Counted from the stretch's first letter, positions 41,201 to 52,946 are shown. The stretch is DNA of 64,000 nucleotides from Gordius albopunctatus (GCA_964276515.1 OZ193909.1:18166001-18230000), one strand, 5' to 3'. Notes: generated by a model not told the origin, from the letters alone. Translations and numbers: made by a program.

Positions 41201-43521
41201 TTGGGGGGGGGGGGGCAAATTACCTACCTTTCAATTAAACTCCAGGATAAACCAATAAAACTTTTTGTTTTATATGATTTAAGCCTTTTGTTACATAATT
41301 TTTTGAGAAAGGATATCACACTAGTTTATATGTATTAGTTTATATTAGAGGTGTGCACGGATCAAATTTTTTTGATCCGATCCGATCCGAGGGGTTTTTA
41401 AAAAATTTCGTATCCATCCGATCCGATCCGAGTTTTTTAAAATCTAAATCCGATCCGATCCGAGTTTTTTAAAATCTAAATCCGATCCGATCCGAAATTT
41501 TTTAATTAAAATTTTACGAACAGAACTTTTTATTGATGATTAAATTCAAAATACATAAAAATACGGTATAGCAATTTTAATATACTTGAAATATAAAATT
41601 TTATTTGACTAATTCCATATTATCATATAAAAATAATAAAGAAACTAAATTTTCTGGTTTAATTCGCGTTCTTCTTTCTTCTAATGTTCTTCCAGCCACC
41701 GAGAAATTTCTTTCCAAAGTGGTAGAGGTAGCAGGTATAGCTAAAACTTTATTTGCCAGCTTATAAAGCCTTGGCAGGACTGTTTGATATGAAACCCACC
41801 ATTTCAGCAAATCTTTTTTCGAATCATATTTGCAATCTTCATTTTTTAACGAAAGGTAAATTGAGATTTCATCGGGGGCTTTATCTTCTTCCTGCTCATC
41901 TTCCCATTGATTAACTATTTTAAAATATAAATTAAATAATTTCATTTATGTAAAAAATATATATACATAATACATATTTAAATGTATGTTAATTACTTTT
42001 TTGTCTTTTTTTTGAGGCTGACTATCACTACTACTTGCCGCATAATTTCCAATCTCAGCTGCGGAATCTACCAAAAAATCCTTAGACGATAGTGTGGATC
42101 TTATTTCATTAATTACGCCTACTCGCTCATTTGGGGGGAGCATCCTGAGTTGGCGATAATTTGGGCATAAAAATGTGGCAATTTTATGTTTGAGTGATTA
42201 GAAATTTTGACTTGAGGGTGGTACAAATATCTTTTTTAAGATCATTAATTTCGTAATGTTCTTCAAAATCATCAGTTTGCTCGTGGTCTGATTGTGAAAG
42301 ATCACTGAGTAATTGGTAATATTGAATCAATATATTGTGAAAGGTTGGGTGTTGATCAGCTTCCAGAACTAAAGAAGCCGTTTTAAACGTAGTTTGGTCA
42401 GCAAATTTTTATCAATCACATCTATCTTCTCTGGCATATCCATAGAAGTTAGATATGTGGTCAGTTCCCTATACTCCTTCAATATGCTCTCAAACATGTC
42501 GAGTCTGGTGGAGTTACATCTTGTTTCTATTGCTTGATGCAATGTATGATTTAAATATTTATTTGTCCCACTTTGCTTCTTCATATATGTCCTTAGCTTT
42601 TTGCATGCTTGTTGTATCAAGTCATTAATTTGAGGGTAATGGAATGTAAAATCATTTTTATTGAATACGTTTCGTAGTACTGTATTCAGCAGTAAATGGG
42701 ACGTGCGATTCATTCGCTTATGATCTTGCAAGGCATTCACCATGTTAGAACCCTGATCGGTAACGTAAGTTATCAATCTCATGTATTCCGTAGGGATGTG
42801 AAGTTTTTCAAAATTTACAGATATTTCTCTTAAAATATTTTCCCCTGTTTTTTTTTTCAACGTCTATTTTTGAAGTGAAAAGAATATGCTTATGTAGGAT
42901 TCCGAGGGATATATAATGTAAAGAAAATGTTAAGTAGTTTATTTTGACAAAGTCATCTGTCCAGAGGTCGAGAGTGGCTGAACATGATTTTGCTTTTAAA
43001 TGGGGGAGTAACTTTAATACTACATCTGCAAGTTTTGCTGTATTCCTACTTAAGGTAGTCCTATCTCAAAGGAATTCATCAACGTTTACATCACCATGAA
43101 TGGCACCAATATTCAGATAGGGTAAGTAAGGGCGGGGTGAGGAGGTGGTATTGGGCATCAAAAATGGTAAAGTAAAAAAAGAATGCAAAGATAAAATTAC
43201 GAAAAGGTATACGGAAAATTATTAATTTAATTATTATTGTATCCGATCCGATCCGACTAAAATAAAATGTTGATCCGATCCGATCCGACTTCAAAAATTA
43301 AAATGTTAATCCGAGTTCGGACGGATCGGATTGATCCGTGCACACCTCTAGTTTATATATTTTGCATAAATTTGTAATAAAATTAAAACTGGCACTTAGA
43401 GTTTTTAATTTGTTCTTATTTTATATTCCTTTATCTTTTAGGACTTATCAATTCAATTCAGTATAGTGTTCGAAAGCTTAACAAAGGAATTCTTTCTAAT
43501 CTCGGTTACAAACAGGCATAA
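38244..43521 (+). CDS. TAMM41: Mitochondrial phosphatidate cytidylyltransferase (TAM41/Mmp37)
   Basis: 9 exons: 38244-38336, 38398-38577, 38612-38704, 38754-38904, 39242-39390, 40236-40309, 40796-40890, 41011-41073, 43442-43521. Motifs [19 protein letters not shown]...[50 protein letters not shown]. Confidence 0.92.
39560..39765. mobile_element. 206-bp hAT-type MITE (family B)
   Basis: TIR TAGAGTTGTTA.ATTGCTAACTT, 8-bp TSD ATCATATC. Near-identical copies at 26276 and 55707. Confidence 0.9.
41346..43350 (-). mobile_element. hAT (Hermes/hobo-like) transposon, deleted and frameshifted, in TAM41 intron 8
   Basis: 20-bp TIR TAGAGGTGTGCACGGATCAA, 8-bp TSD GTTTATAT, (ATCCG)n subterminal repeats, transposase fragments DLWTD, TDQGSNM, WW...[15 protein letters not shown]...ERNFS. 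Confidence 0.93.
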
Positions 43522-43849
43522 GGATCCTGAAAAGATTTGTGCAATCGAGCGAGACGCAGCTTTAATGATGGGAAAATTACATTGATACTCAGTTATACTG
43601 CCGAACACAGAACTTTTATTTTTAACATCATTTTGATATTTAAATCATTGTCGTTATTGTTGTATTTCGAATTATAAAGATCAAATTTTTAAGATATTAC
43701 TGTAATTAAGAAATATCCTGTTACTAAAGTCATTAAAAATAAAACTTGCGAATATGTACAATTTTAAATTGTTCATTTATTAAAACAGACGTCGGGTGGA
43801 GGGGAGCTGCCTTCTTTCCCCATTCAATGATTCATTTAACGAGTTATTT

Positions 43850-44130
43850 TCATCTTTATCGAGTATTTAGTCCCACAGTGGTGGGGTTTGTTTTGATGAG
43901 TTTCTTCCATCTTGATCGGGTAAGTGGCATGTCTTGATCAACCTCTTGGATTTCAAAACTTTGTTCACTTGCCCCTTCCACGTGACACGAAGTCAGGTGT
44001 TTTAAGCAATGGCCAATTATCTCGTAATCCAATTATGGGTGTAGGTTTAGACGCAAATTAAACGCCAATGGTCGGCTGAATTCTACCATGTCCCTATCTA
44101 AATTTTGCTTTCAGGTTGCGCTTGCGTGTA
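43850..44130 (-). pseudogene. Possible RTE-type LINE 3' fragment
   Basis: Degenerate KFR*GH and RSRWKKLIKTNPTTVG peptides resembling RTE C-termini. Confidence 0.4.
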
Positions 44131-44343
44131 ATGAAAGTTTATTTAAGAAAAGTTGATTTTTTTCAACCCAATTTAACCCAAAAAGATGATTTTAACCGAA
44201 CCCAAGATATTTTTATCAATTCTCGTCCCAAAACCGAATATAAATCTTTCTTTGCCGCATGGTCTTCGGCCCATTATGAAGTTGAAGATTAGTTTTTTTT
44301 ATTATTTTAAACTCCTTTTTATGTATCTCAATTATGCTTTAAT

Positions 44344-44553
44344 TAGTGTTATAAAAAACGGATGGGTTTTGTTAGGTCGACATTTGGTTCAACTAAGATT
44401 AACGGTCAACTCTGCTCTGGTCTGTTCTTCAAATTTCGACTAAACCTAGAGGTCGACTAAGAAAAACAGACAAAACCTTTAGTCTGTTCTGTGTATGTTT
44501 ACTCGACTAAAACCAAAAGTCGGCCAAACAAAACCCAGCAGTTTTTACAGCAC
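44344..44553. mobile_element. MITE family C (TIR ~TAGTGTTGTAAAAACGGCTGG)
   Basis: Inverted termini. Related copies at ~13222-13405, 26130-26270, 44900-45043, 59551 and 61240-61299. Confidence 0.7.
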
Positions 44554-45099
44554 TGGCTTCAATTTTACACAATAAAGGTAGTTTTTGAACTACAGTCAAA
44601 ACCGTTTAATTGCAAAGCCTTGGACCTGAAAAAAAATTCGCGATTAAGCGATGGGGAAAATAGTATATGTACATTATATTAAATATTCATTTCTTACGCT
44701 TCGCAATAAAACGATATTTTATATAATTATCTGGTTGATTTAAGGACTCAAAAATGTTTGTGAATATCCGATATTGTACTATTAAGCGATTTGTCAATAA
44801 ACGATGTTTTTGTTAATACTACCGTTAAAAAAAACAAAATGGCGGTTAACTTCGCGATTAAAAGATTTTTGCGATAATCCGATTTGCGATTAAGAAGTGA
44901 AGACCAAAGATTTTTTGGTCTCTTTTTGGCTTATTCGACTACAAAGGTTAGTCTTAATTTGAAAAACAGACCACAGTGGACCGTTAGTCATAGTTAAACC
45001 AAAGACCCACCAAGCAAAACCCCCCCAGCCGTTTTTACAACACATCTTGGTATTATTACGTTCGCGGATTCTTGGGTAATTTTAGAAGATCCTCTCGAT

Positions 45100-46473
45100 T
45101 AGAGACCTGCCCGGCCCGCGGGTGGCCCGAAAAGCCTGGCCCGCAGGCCGGGTATGGGCGGGTTTTGGACTTTAAAAAAACAAGTGGCCGGGCTTGGGCG
45201 GGCCGGGCCTAGATTTAGCTAGGTCCGTTAAAAGCTCGTTGCAAAATAGTTAATTTTTTATTTGTATAGTAATAAATACTTTAAAATAATTACAACTTAA
45301 ACAAAGACAAACGTCTTATATTTAAACTTTTTTTTTTATTAATTTAAATTTTTTTGTGTCCTAATACCCAACACAAACGAACTTTTCCTTTTTCATTCAT
45401 ACATTTACAATAAGTACTGCAAAATTTGAATTGATACTTTATAAGTAAGACCTGAATATTCAGCAAAGTAAACTACAGCTATATTTTACAACAAGTATTT
45501 TTATGATTATTTTTAATCTTTAACATTGTTTTAAATTGTAAAATAACGTTTTGCTTATCTAAACAAATTGTTTATAGTACATTACACATGTCGGAACAAT
45601 TAAATAATGCTACCAAAAGAAAAGCTAAAGATCTTAAAATCAAATTGAATCATAACTTAAAGAGTGATGTATGGAAAAGGTTTGATATCCTCTTGGAGGA
45701 AAACGATAACCAAGCTAGGGTGTGCATCTGCAAAACTTGCAGAAAATATCTGACCTACAAACCCTGTTATGGTACCTCTCACCTCAAACGACACAAATGT
45801 AGTGTTGAATCAACATCTGGGCAATGGATACGAAAAAAGCAAAGCTTTTAAAAACCAAAGTAATTGATGAAGCCATAAAATTTTGTGCCAAAGATTTAAG
45901 ACCATTTGAAGTTTTTGGTGAAAAAGGATTTCAAGACTTTTGCCAGTTTTTAATAAATAATGTAACACCAGGGCAAGTTAATGTTAAAGAAATTTTTCCT
46001 GATCCAACTACTATAGCCAGACATGTTAGCCAGTCTGCTGATGCCATAAGGCAACAGATATTACCAGAAATAATATCTTGTAAATAAAGTAAAATCAATA
46101 TAACCTTTAATTAGGTACCCAAAATTATCTCATTTGGCATTTATGGTTTTAAGTATCCCGGCTACAGGTGCCACTTGTGAACGAAATTTCTCAACGGCTG
46201 GTCGCTTATTAGAAGAGAGAATAACCCGATTAAGACCGGAAATAATTAACGATTTATTGTTTTTACATGATTATTATTGATGTTTTTAACATATATTACT
46301 GAATATTGAATTAACTTTTTAATAAAAAAATAACAATCGTTTAAAAATTTGCAAAAAACAAATTCTACGAGCCGGGCCTGGGTTTTGCAAAAAAATGTTT
46401 AGGGCCGGGCCCGGGCCAAATTTTTCTTTTTTCAGCGGGCCCGGGAGCAAAATAGGCCCGTTGCAGGTCTCTA
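45100..46473 (+). mobile_element. hAT transposon internal-deletion derivative
   Basis: TIR TAGAGACCTGC, 8-bp TSD CTCTCGAT, BED zinc finger (VWKRF...CKTC...GTSHLKRH), DLRPF domain, then directly the C-terminal IPATGATCERNFS segment. GGCCCG subterminal repeats. Confidence 0.92.
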
Positions 46474-47482
46474 CTCTCGATGATGCTATAATAGAATAGG
46501 ATATTTTTATTATTTTGTTGGACGCATTTTTAATTGCTATGCAATTTATGGTCTCGCTTTTTGTTGTCCGTCCGTTGAACATTAATCTTAATTGCTGGTT
46601 CGAATCCCGCAAATTTTTTTTTAAATTAATATATTGTTCTTGTTAATACCATTGTTACTTTTTGACCGTGTCATGGCTACTGACCAATGAAAAAATGACC
46701 ATTGCCCAAAATATAAATCGAATTTTTTTGAATTTCTATATTAGGTTAACATTGATAATTACCTATGCCTCCCACCACAAAGGTTTATGCCTCTACTGAT
46801 GTAGGTTCGAATCCCGGAGAGGGCAAATTTTTTATATTTTTTTTCCAATTAATATATTGTTCTTGTTAATACCATTGATAATATGACTTTTTGACCGTGT
46901 CCTGGCTACTGACCAATGGAAAAATGACTATTGGCCAAAGTGAGATTAAAATTAAATTTTTTTATTTAGATTATAATTATTGGCCAGTATTTGGCAGTCT
47001 GCTGGCTACTGACCAATGGAAAAAGTTACCACTGATTAATGTGAGATTAAAATCAATTTTTTTTCTAGATTATAATTATAGGATAGTTATTTGGCTGTCT
47101 GCTGTCCATTAGAAAAAATGACCACTGGTCAAAGTGATGGAAAAAATGAACAATGATTGGCCAAGGTCTGATTGTAAATTTTTTTAGTTTTCTTGATATC
47201 TTGTTTATACTATACATATGCGCATGATTTGAATAGAGTATATAGTCATAATTCAAATTATGGGTCGCCTACACCGAATTGTTTAAATTTATACGGTATC
47301 AAAAAAATTCTAAATTGAAAGTTGTACGTTTAAGAAGGATTACTATTGGCTATTCCAAGGTCATGCCCTTTATTTGCGTTCCTTTCGTCATTTCGATTAA
47401 TTTAGAAGTTGATAAATAAGAATGATCCTCAATAAATAAAGTATTAATAAATGTTTTATAGCAGGTTTTACAAAAATTTAAC

Positions 47483-47889
47483 TATTATGTCCGTGACTAA
47501 ATCGTAAGTCCAAAATTAGATCAGAGAATAATTCGTCCTCGAATAAATCGTACTTCCGATAAATATTTTATTTCAAGTAAAAATTATGCCACAAACGATT
47601 TATATTCAAGAAAATTTATTAATTGATATTGTCTGTGCGCCGATGTTCCCTTTTATTCGGATACATTTCTTTTCTTCTCGTGTCTTGCACCAGTTGTCAT
47701 TCACCAGTTGTTATTGCCTCTGATAATACTCTCTTTGTGTGTCCCGCGCTAGTTGTTATTCTCCTTTGCGTCCTTCCCGTTACTTTTCCTAGATTTATTT
47801 TGTCTCTCACTTGCTATCGTCCCGCACCTGGTCAATGCCGCGCCTCTCGTTGCTCGTCTTCAACGAATCCATATGTGACATATATGACA
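47483..47889 (-). repeat. 3' LTR (407 bp)
   Basis: Direct repeat of 52948-53359. Preceded on the sense strand by a polypurine tract. Confidence 0.95.
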
Positions 47890-47920
47890 TCTCACTTTTT
47901 TACTCTTTTCCTTTTTCTTT
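47890..47920 (-). promoter_or_regulatory. Polypurine tract
   Basis: AAAGAAAAAGGAAAAGAGTAAAAAAGTGAGA directly abutting the 3' LTR. Confidence 0.8.
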
Positions 47921-49162
47921 GCTCGCCCCAATGCCGATACCCATAGTTCCGACGTGCTTCCGTCTTTAGGTTGCTAACCCCTCCCAAATATTTATACTCG
48001 AATAACTGCGCGCGATATACACCGACTACAATAATACACTATATTTTTCTACAGACACTCCGCGTAATAACAATAGCGATATTCACAATTTCCGTAATAA
48101 CATTAGCAATACAACCTTGCTACTTCCCTTTGACGTTATACATCCTTAGACGCTTTCTCTCAATAACTCACTACTATTACACGACGATGCGACATAAATA
48201 TATAAACAGCATGAAAATATATATAACACATAAAACATACACGAGTATAAGTCCACAATAAAAAGATTACAATATTCATATACCTTTCCTGATATACATC
48301 TCAACACAGCAACGATATTTCAAATCCATCGTTACACATCTTTACAGTTTTACATCGACAACACACTACATCTACCCGAACAATGTGACATAAGTATTAT
48401 ATCAACTGAATGGGCATAAAAATACCCAATACCAATATGAGAATACAAATACACAATAAAAATATGAGAATATAAAAATAAAGTAAACATACACGACTAT
48501 AATTATACAATAGAAATATGAGAAAATTAATATAAAACGGAAATACTATAATCCATCCGTATAAAACAACTGATATAACACCGAAATACTATCCAAGTAC
48601 ACATACAACATCGCAATAATACCTCACTTCACCTTTGATACTTTACATTATTTATTTTTTATTTTTTCATTTATTTTTTTTTTTTATTTTTTTTTTTAAG
48701 TGAATGAGTCATATACAGCATACCAATATATAAATATTGCAACATACATATTAATTCTTCACTTCTGCGACACTATTTTATACCCGAAGTGCGTAATACA
48801 ATTCTTATGTTACAATTGTGTATATAATATTCTGCGAAATCGCGATAGTGAGGAATACAATTTCTCAACTCATACATGTACATCATAATCTGGGTTACAT
48901 TTCCATACACATATTTATCGCGACATCGCGCTTGTTTTTACTGAGATACAACATTTCTATGTTTTTACTCCTTTTTTTATATATATATTTTTTCCGCTGT
49001 TTTTTTTTATTTTTTTTTTTTTTTATTTTTCTTTTCTCTTTTTTTTTTTTTATTTATTTACTATTATAATATATTGAAATATCATTACAATACATTGGTA
49101 TATCATATAACTAACACATATGTAACAGACAGTGATGGTATATTTACAACGGCTAAGTTATA

Positions 49163-52100
49163 CTAAGTAACATCTTCAGGCCTGTCCAAACACCTACCTC
49201 TTAACTGCATCCCTATATCCCCGAACTCTTTCCTCCTCTTTAACTGATTCACATGACGTGCCATTTCATTCCCATCGCTATCTTCTACCCAATATTTGAA
49301 ATTACTGTCTGCCTTCCTAATGACTCCCGGGGTCCATTTGACTTTAGCATTAAATAGCCTCAACCACACCAGATCCCCTCTTTTGAACTTGGTTCTTTCT
49401 CTTACCTCCTCTCCATTCTCCTTTCTGAAGAAGTCTATCCAACATCTACCCCTTTTACCTAAGAACTTCTCACTCGGTGATCTTTCTCCCCGTTTACTGG
49501 TACTATTGTATACCATTTGCATTTTCCATAATTCTCCCCCACCCGCTTCCTCCTTTTTGAACCAGCTTTTTACTATTCCTACCATTCTCTCTGCCTGGCC
49601 ATTTGATTGCGGATAATACGGCGCAATCACTTCATGTCTTACCCCTTGCTCAATAAAAAATGTGCTCAACTCCTTACTAATGAAGGCCGGTCCTCCGTCC
49701 GATACAACCCTTATGGGCAATCCATATTTTCCAAACAATCCTTTCATAATGCCAATCACCACCCTTCCCGACATTTTACTTACTTTAAAAAATTCCACCC
49801 ACTTAGAATACGCGTCTACCACCAATAAAAACGCCTTGCCTCTCCACTCAAAGAAGTCTACATGTACCCTCTCCCAAGCCCTAGCGGCCGATTTCCATCT
49901 ACTCTTCCTTCTCCCCCTCGGCATATCCCCCACTACATTACAAGCTTCACATGCTTTGGCCCAATCTTCGATATCCTGGGTCATTTCAGGCCACCACATA
50001 TATTCCCGTGCCCATTGTTTCATCTTACTTATCCCTTGATGACCCGCATGCACTACCTTTAACGCCTCCCTCCTTAAACTTTCCGGTATTACTATTCGTG
50101 CTCCCCTCATTATACATCCTTCTACCAAGTGCAGCTCCTTTCTTACTCTCCGATATGCTCTTTCTTCCATGCCCCATTCCCTATTCCCTTGCACACATTC
50201 AACCACCTTCTGTAACATCAAATCCCCGACCATGCTATCTCTTATCCGCTCCCACGAGACGGGCCCCCTTATCTCCACTCTAAGCGCCGCCACGTTCTCG
50301 TACTCACCTGTACCCTCTTTATATTCCTGACTATTCGTCCCTTCATTCGCATCCTTTTCATGGGGCACCCACCTAGACAAAATATCCGGCAAATAGTTCA
50401 TCTTTCCCGGTCTATATTCGATGCTAACATTAAAACCTCCCATTAATATTAACCACCTTTGGAGTCTCGGGGACAGCATTAACTGGTTATTGTCCTTCTT
50501 AAATAAATCTCTTAACGGTTTATGATCGGTATATACGGTAAACGTCCGGCCTATTAAGTATTCCCTACATCTTACCACTCCATATACCATGGCTAACGCC
50601 TCTTTCTCAATTACCGAATATCGCAATTCGCAGTCCCTTAACTTCCGTGAAAAATATAAAATGGGTCTCTCTACTCCTTCTTCCAGCTGTAATAATACTC
50701 CCCCGACACCCAACATCGACGCATCTACCGCCAATCTTGTCTCCCTTTCATTGTCAAAGCATACTAATACAGGCATAGCGGCCAGAGATTGCTTTAACTG
50801 CTCAAAACTATACTGACAACTTTCGTCCCATTTAAAATCTATCCTCCTCCGTATCACGCTATATAAAGGTGCTGCCAACTGAGCAAAATCTTTTATAAAC
50901 TTACTATATTAATTGAATATCCCCAAGAAGCTCTGTAGTTCCTTCTTCGTATTCGGAACCCTCAAACTCCTGATAACCTCCACCTTGTCAGCTACCGGCT
51001 CTATCGTATCTCCCTTTAATGCATGACCCAAATACGTTACTTCCTCCACCGCAAACACACTTTTTTCCCTGCTTACTATCATACCCCTCTCTTTAATCCT
51101 GCTTAACACTTCATATAACCGAGCATTATGCTCCGCCTTTGACCTACCACTTACTAACACATCATCCATATAATAAAATACCCCTTCCAGATCCCGAAAA
51201 ATGGCAGCCATTGTCATTTGGAATATCGGGGCCGACACACTGAGCCCAAATGGCAACCACAGAAACGCAAATAAACCCTTGTGCGTATTTATGGTTAAAT
51301 ATCCACTGGTCTTCTCGGAAACAGGTAATTGTAAATAAGCACTGGCGAAATCGATCTTTGAATACCATCGACAGCCACTCAACCGTGCTACAATTTCCTC
51401 AAACCGAGGTAGTGGGTACTTAACATCCCTTACGCATTGGTTAAGCGTTATCCGAAAATCCACACATAATCTTAATGTCCCATTTGCCTTTCTTACTGGC
51501 ACTAAAGGTGTCGCCCAATAACTCGACATGACTTCCTTTATTACCCCCTCTTTCAGCCATTTTTCCAATTCTATCCCCACTTCCTCCTTCCATTCGAATG
51601 GTATCCTTCGCGCCCCACAAAACTTGGGTAAAGCGCCTTCCTTTAATTCTATTTCTACTTCTACCCCTTTGCACCGTCCTAATCTGTCTTCAAAAACAGT
51701 TTCAAACTCTCGCAACAACTCTTTTACCTCGTCACCATCCTCCCTCTCCCCCTCTCCTTCCTTAAACATCACTTCTAATGCTATCTCACTCTTCCTCACC
51801 CAATCCCACCAGTTAAATTCCTTCGACCATGCATCAATCCATTCCCACCCCACGATATTAATGGCCTTCCAGTCCATGACATACACCTCTGCCCTTTTTA
51901 TATTCTTATCGTGCCTAACTGTTACCATGCATTTACCTAAGACTTTCAATTCTTGCCCCGTTAACAAGCGGACGTTAACCGTACCCTTCATGTCTAATTT
52001 CGGCTTGCCTAAAGTAACCCATGCCTCTTTATTTATAATCGTAATTGCGGACCCGGTATCTACCAACATTAGATGTGTTTCCCCATTCAACTTGACCTTG

Positions 52101-52447
52101 ATACACGGTTGTTTATTCGCAAATGCCCCAACTTTTACATAGTTATAGGTTCTTACTAATCTCTTTCCCCATTCCCTTCTCATCCATCCCAACCCCATTT
52201 TAACCACACACCCCGCCATTACCGTCCTTCGCCACAATTTATAGCTCCCTCTCCCTACACAACGATACAATTTTAATTCTAAGCTAATTAGGTCTAAATA
52301 CTTCTGCCCTATCCAACGTAATATGTAAAACATATATGAAATATAAAGAAATATCATTTTTACAATCATAACAAGAACAAAATTAAATATTTTTATATAC
52401 AAAATACAATTAAAAGCATGCCAAAACCCAGTTCTACATCCTATTAG
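49163..52447 (-). pseudogene. pol: Retrotransposon pol (PR-RT-RNaseH-IN) with one premature stop
   Basis: LVDTGS protease; LRLCVDFR...YYMDD RT; AVDAS...EKEALA...TDHKPL RNase H; HHCC and D-D-E integrase. The two track ORFs are one frame split by TAA at 50909-50911 (GIFN*YSKFI, Tyr expected). Confidence 0.92.
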
Positions 52448-52735
52448 TCATGTCACCACTCGCCTAGGACACTCTCTCGACCTGTGCCCCTCCCCTCGAT
52501 AGATAAAACATATAAGGCCCTGGTTATCTCTCGGACATGACCTCATTCCATGGCCTAACTCTCCGCATTTGTAACACTTTAAATTATTGCTACTACTCCG
52601 CTTCCGCTCCTCACAGGCCGCACATTTTTTTAAAGCAGCCATAATACATGACATGCAAACATTTAATAGAAAACCTACACAAAAAACAATTACATATATA
52701 TAATATTCCCATACATATGCACGTTTAATATACAT
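52448..52735 (-). CDS. gag: Retrotransposon ORF1: short gag-like protein (hydrophobic N-terminal segment + two CCHC knuckles, no capsid)
   Basis: CYKCGELGHGMRSC and CFIYRGEGHRSREC (second Cys changed to Tyr, TAT vs TGT). In-frame TAA two codons upstream of the ATG. Ends in TGA-CTA. Confidence 0.75.
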   Translation of the reverse strand: MYIKRAYVWEYYIYVIVFCVGFLLNVCMSCIMAALKKCAACEERKRSSSNNLKCYKCGELGHGMRSCPRDNQGLICFIYRGEGHRSRECPRRVVT

Positions 52736-52932
52736 TGTTGATTAGAAATCTAATATTGATGCTTAACACAATCCTACAAAATTTCCTTTTAATTTCCGCC
52801 CAATTTAAGAATATACAAATTATTATTATTAAATACCCCAAAATTTTTATCATAAACTTACCTATCTGTATCCGACTTCGTATCGCACTCTACTTTTTCC
52901 CCAGTTTTTGATTTCCCGAATAATGGTTTTTT

Positions 52933-52946
52933 CACGTTGGGCGCCA
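52933..52946 (-). promoter_or_regulatory. Primer-binding site, tRNA-Lys(CUU) type
   Basis: TGGCGCCCAACGTG, 1 nt downstream of the 5' LTR. Matches the first 14 nt of the tRNA-Lys1,2 PBS TGGCGCCCAACGTGGGGC. Confidence 0.85.

Noticed and set aside
41375..41495. Regularly spaced repeats resembling a CRISPR array
   Set aside because: (ATCCG)n hAT subterminal repeats with near-identical spacers, in a eukaryotic context with no cas genes.
46780..46830. tRNA gene
   Set aside because: Only a T-loop/B-box motif is present; I could not fold a full cloverleaf, and it lies inside a repeat.
47623..47946. ORFs within the LTRs (also 53051-53371)
   Set aside because: The 5-nt indel between the LTRs shifts their frames; no domain signal.
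50878..50911. Programmed recoding between RT and RNase H
   Set aside because: TAA replaces a conserved Tyr in FLG..NYY with no readthrough context; most simply a nonsense mutation or sequencing error.
49296..52142. Several + strand ORFs (up to 204 aa) overlapping pol
   Set aside because: Antisense shadows of the pol frame with no recognisable motifs.
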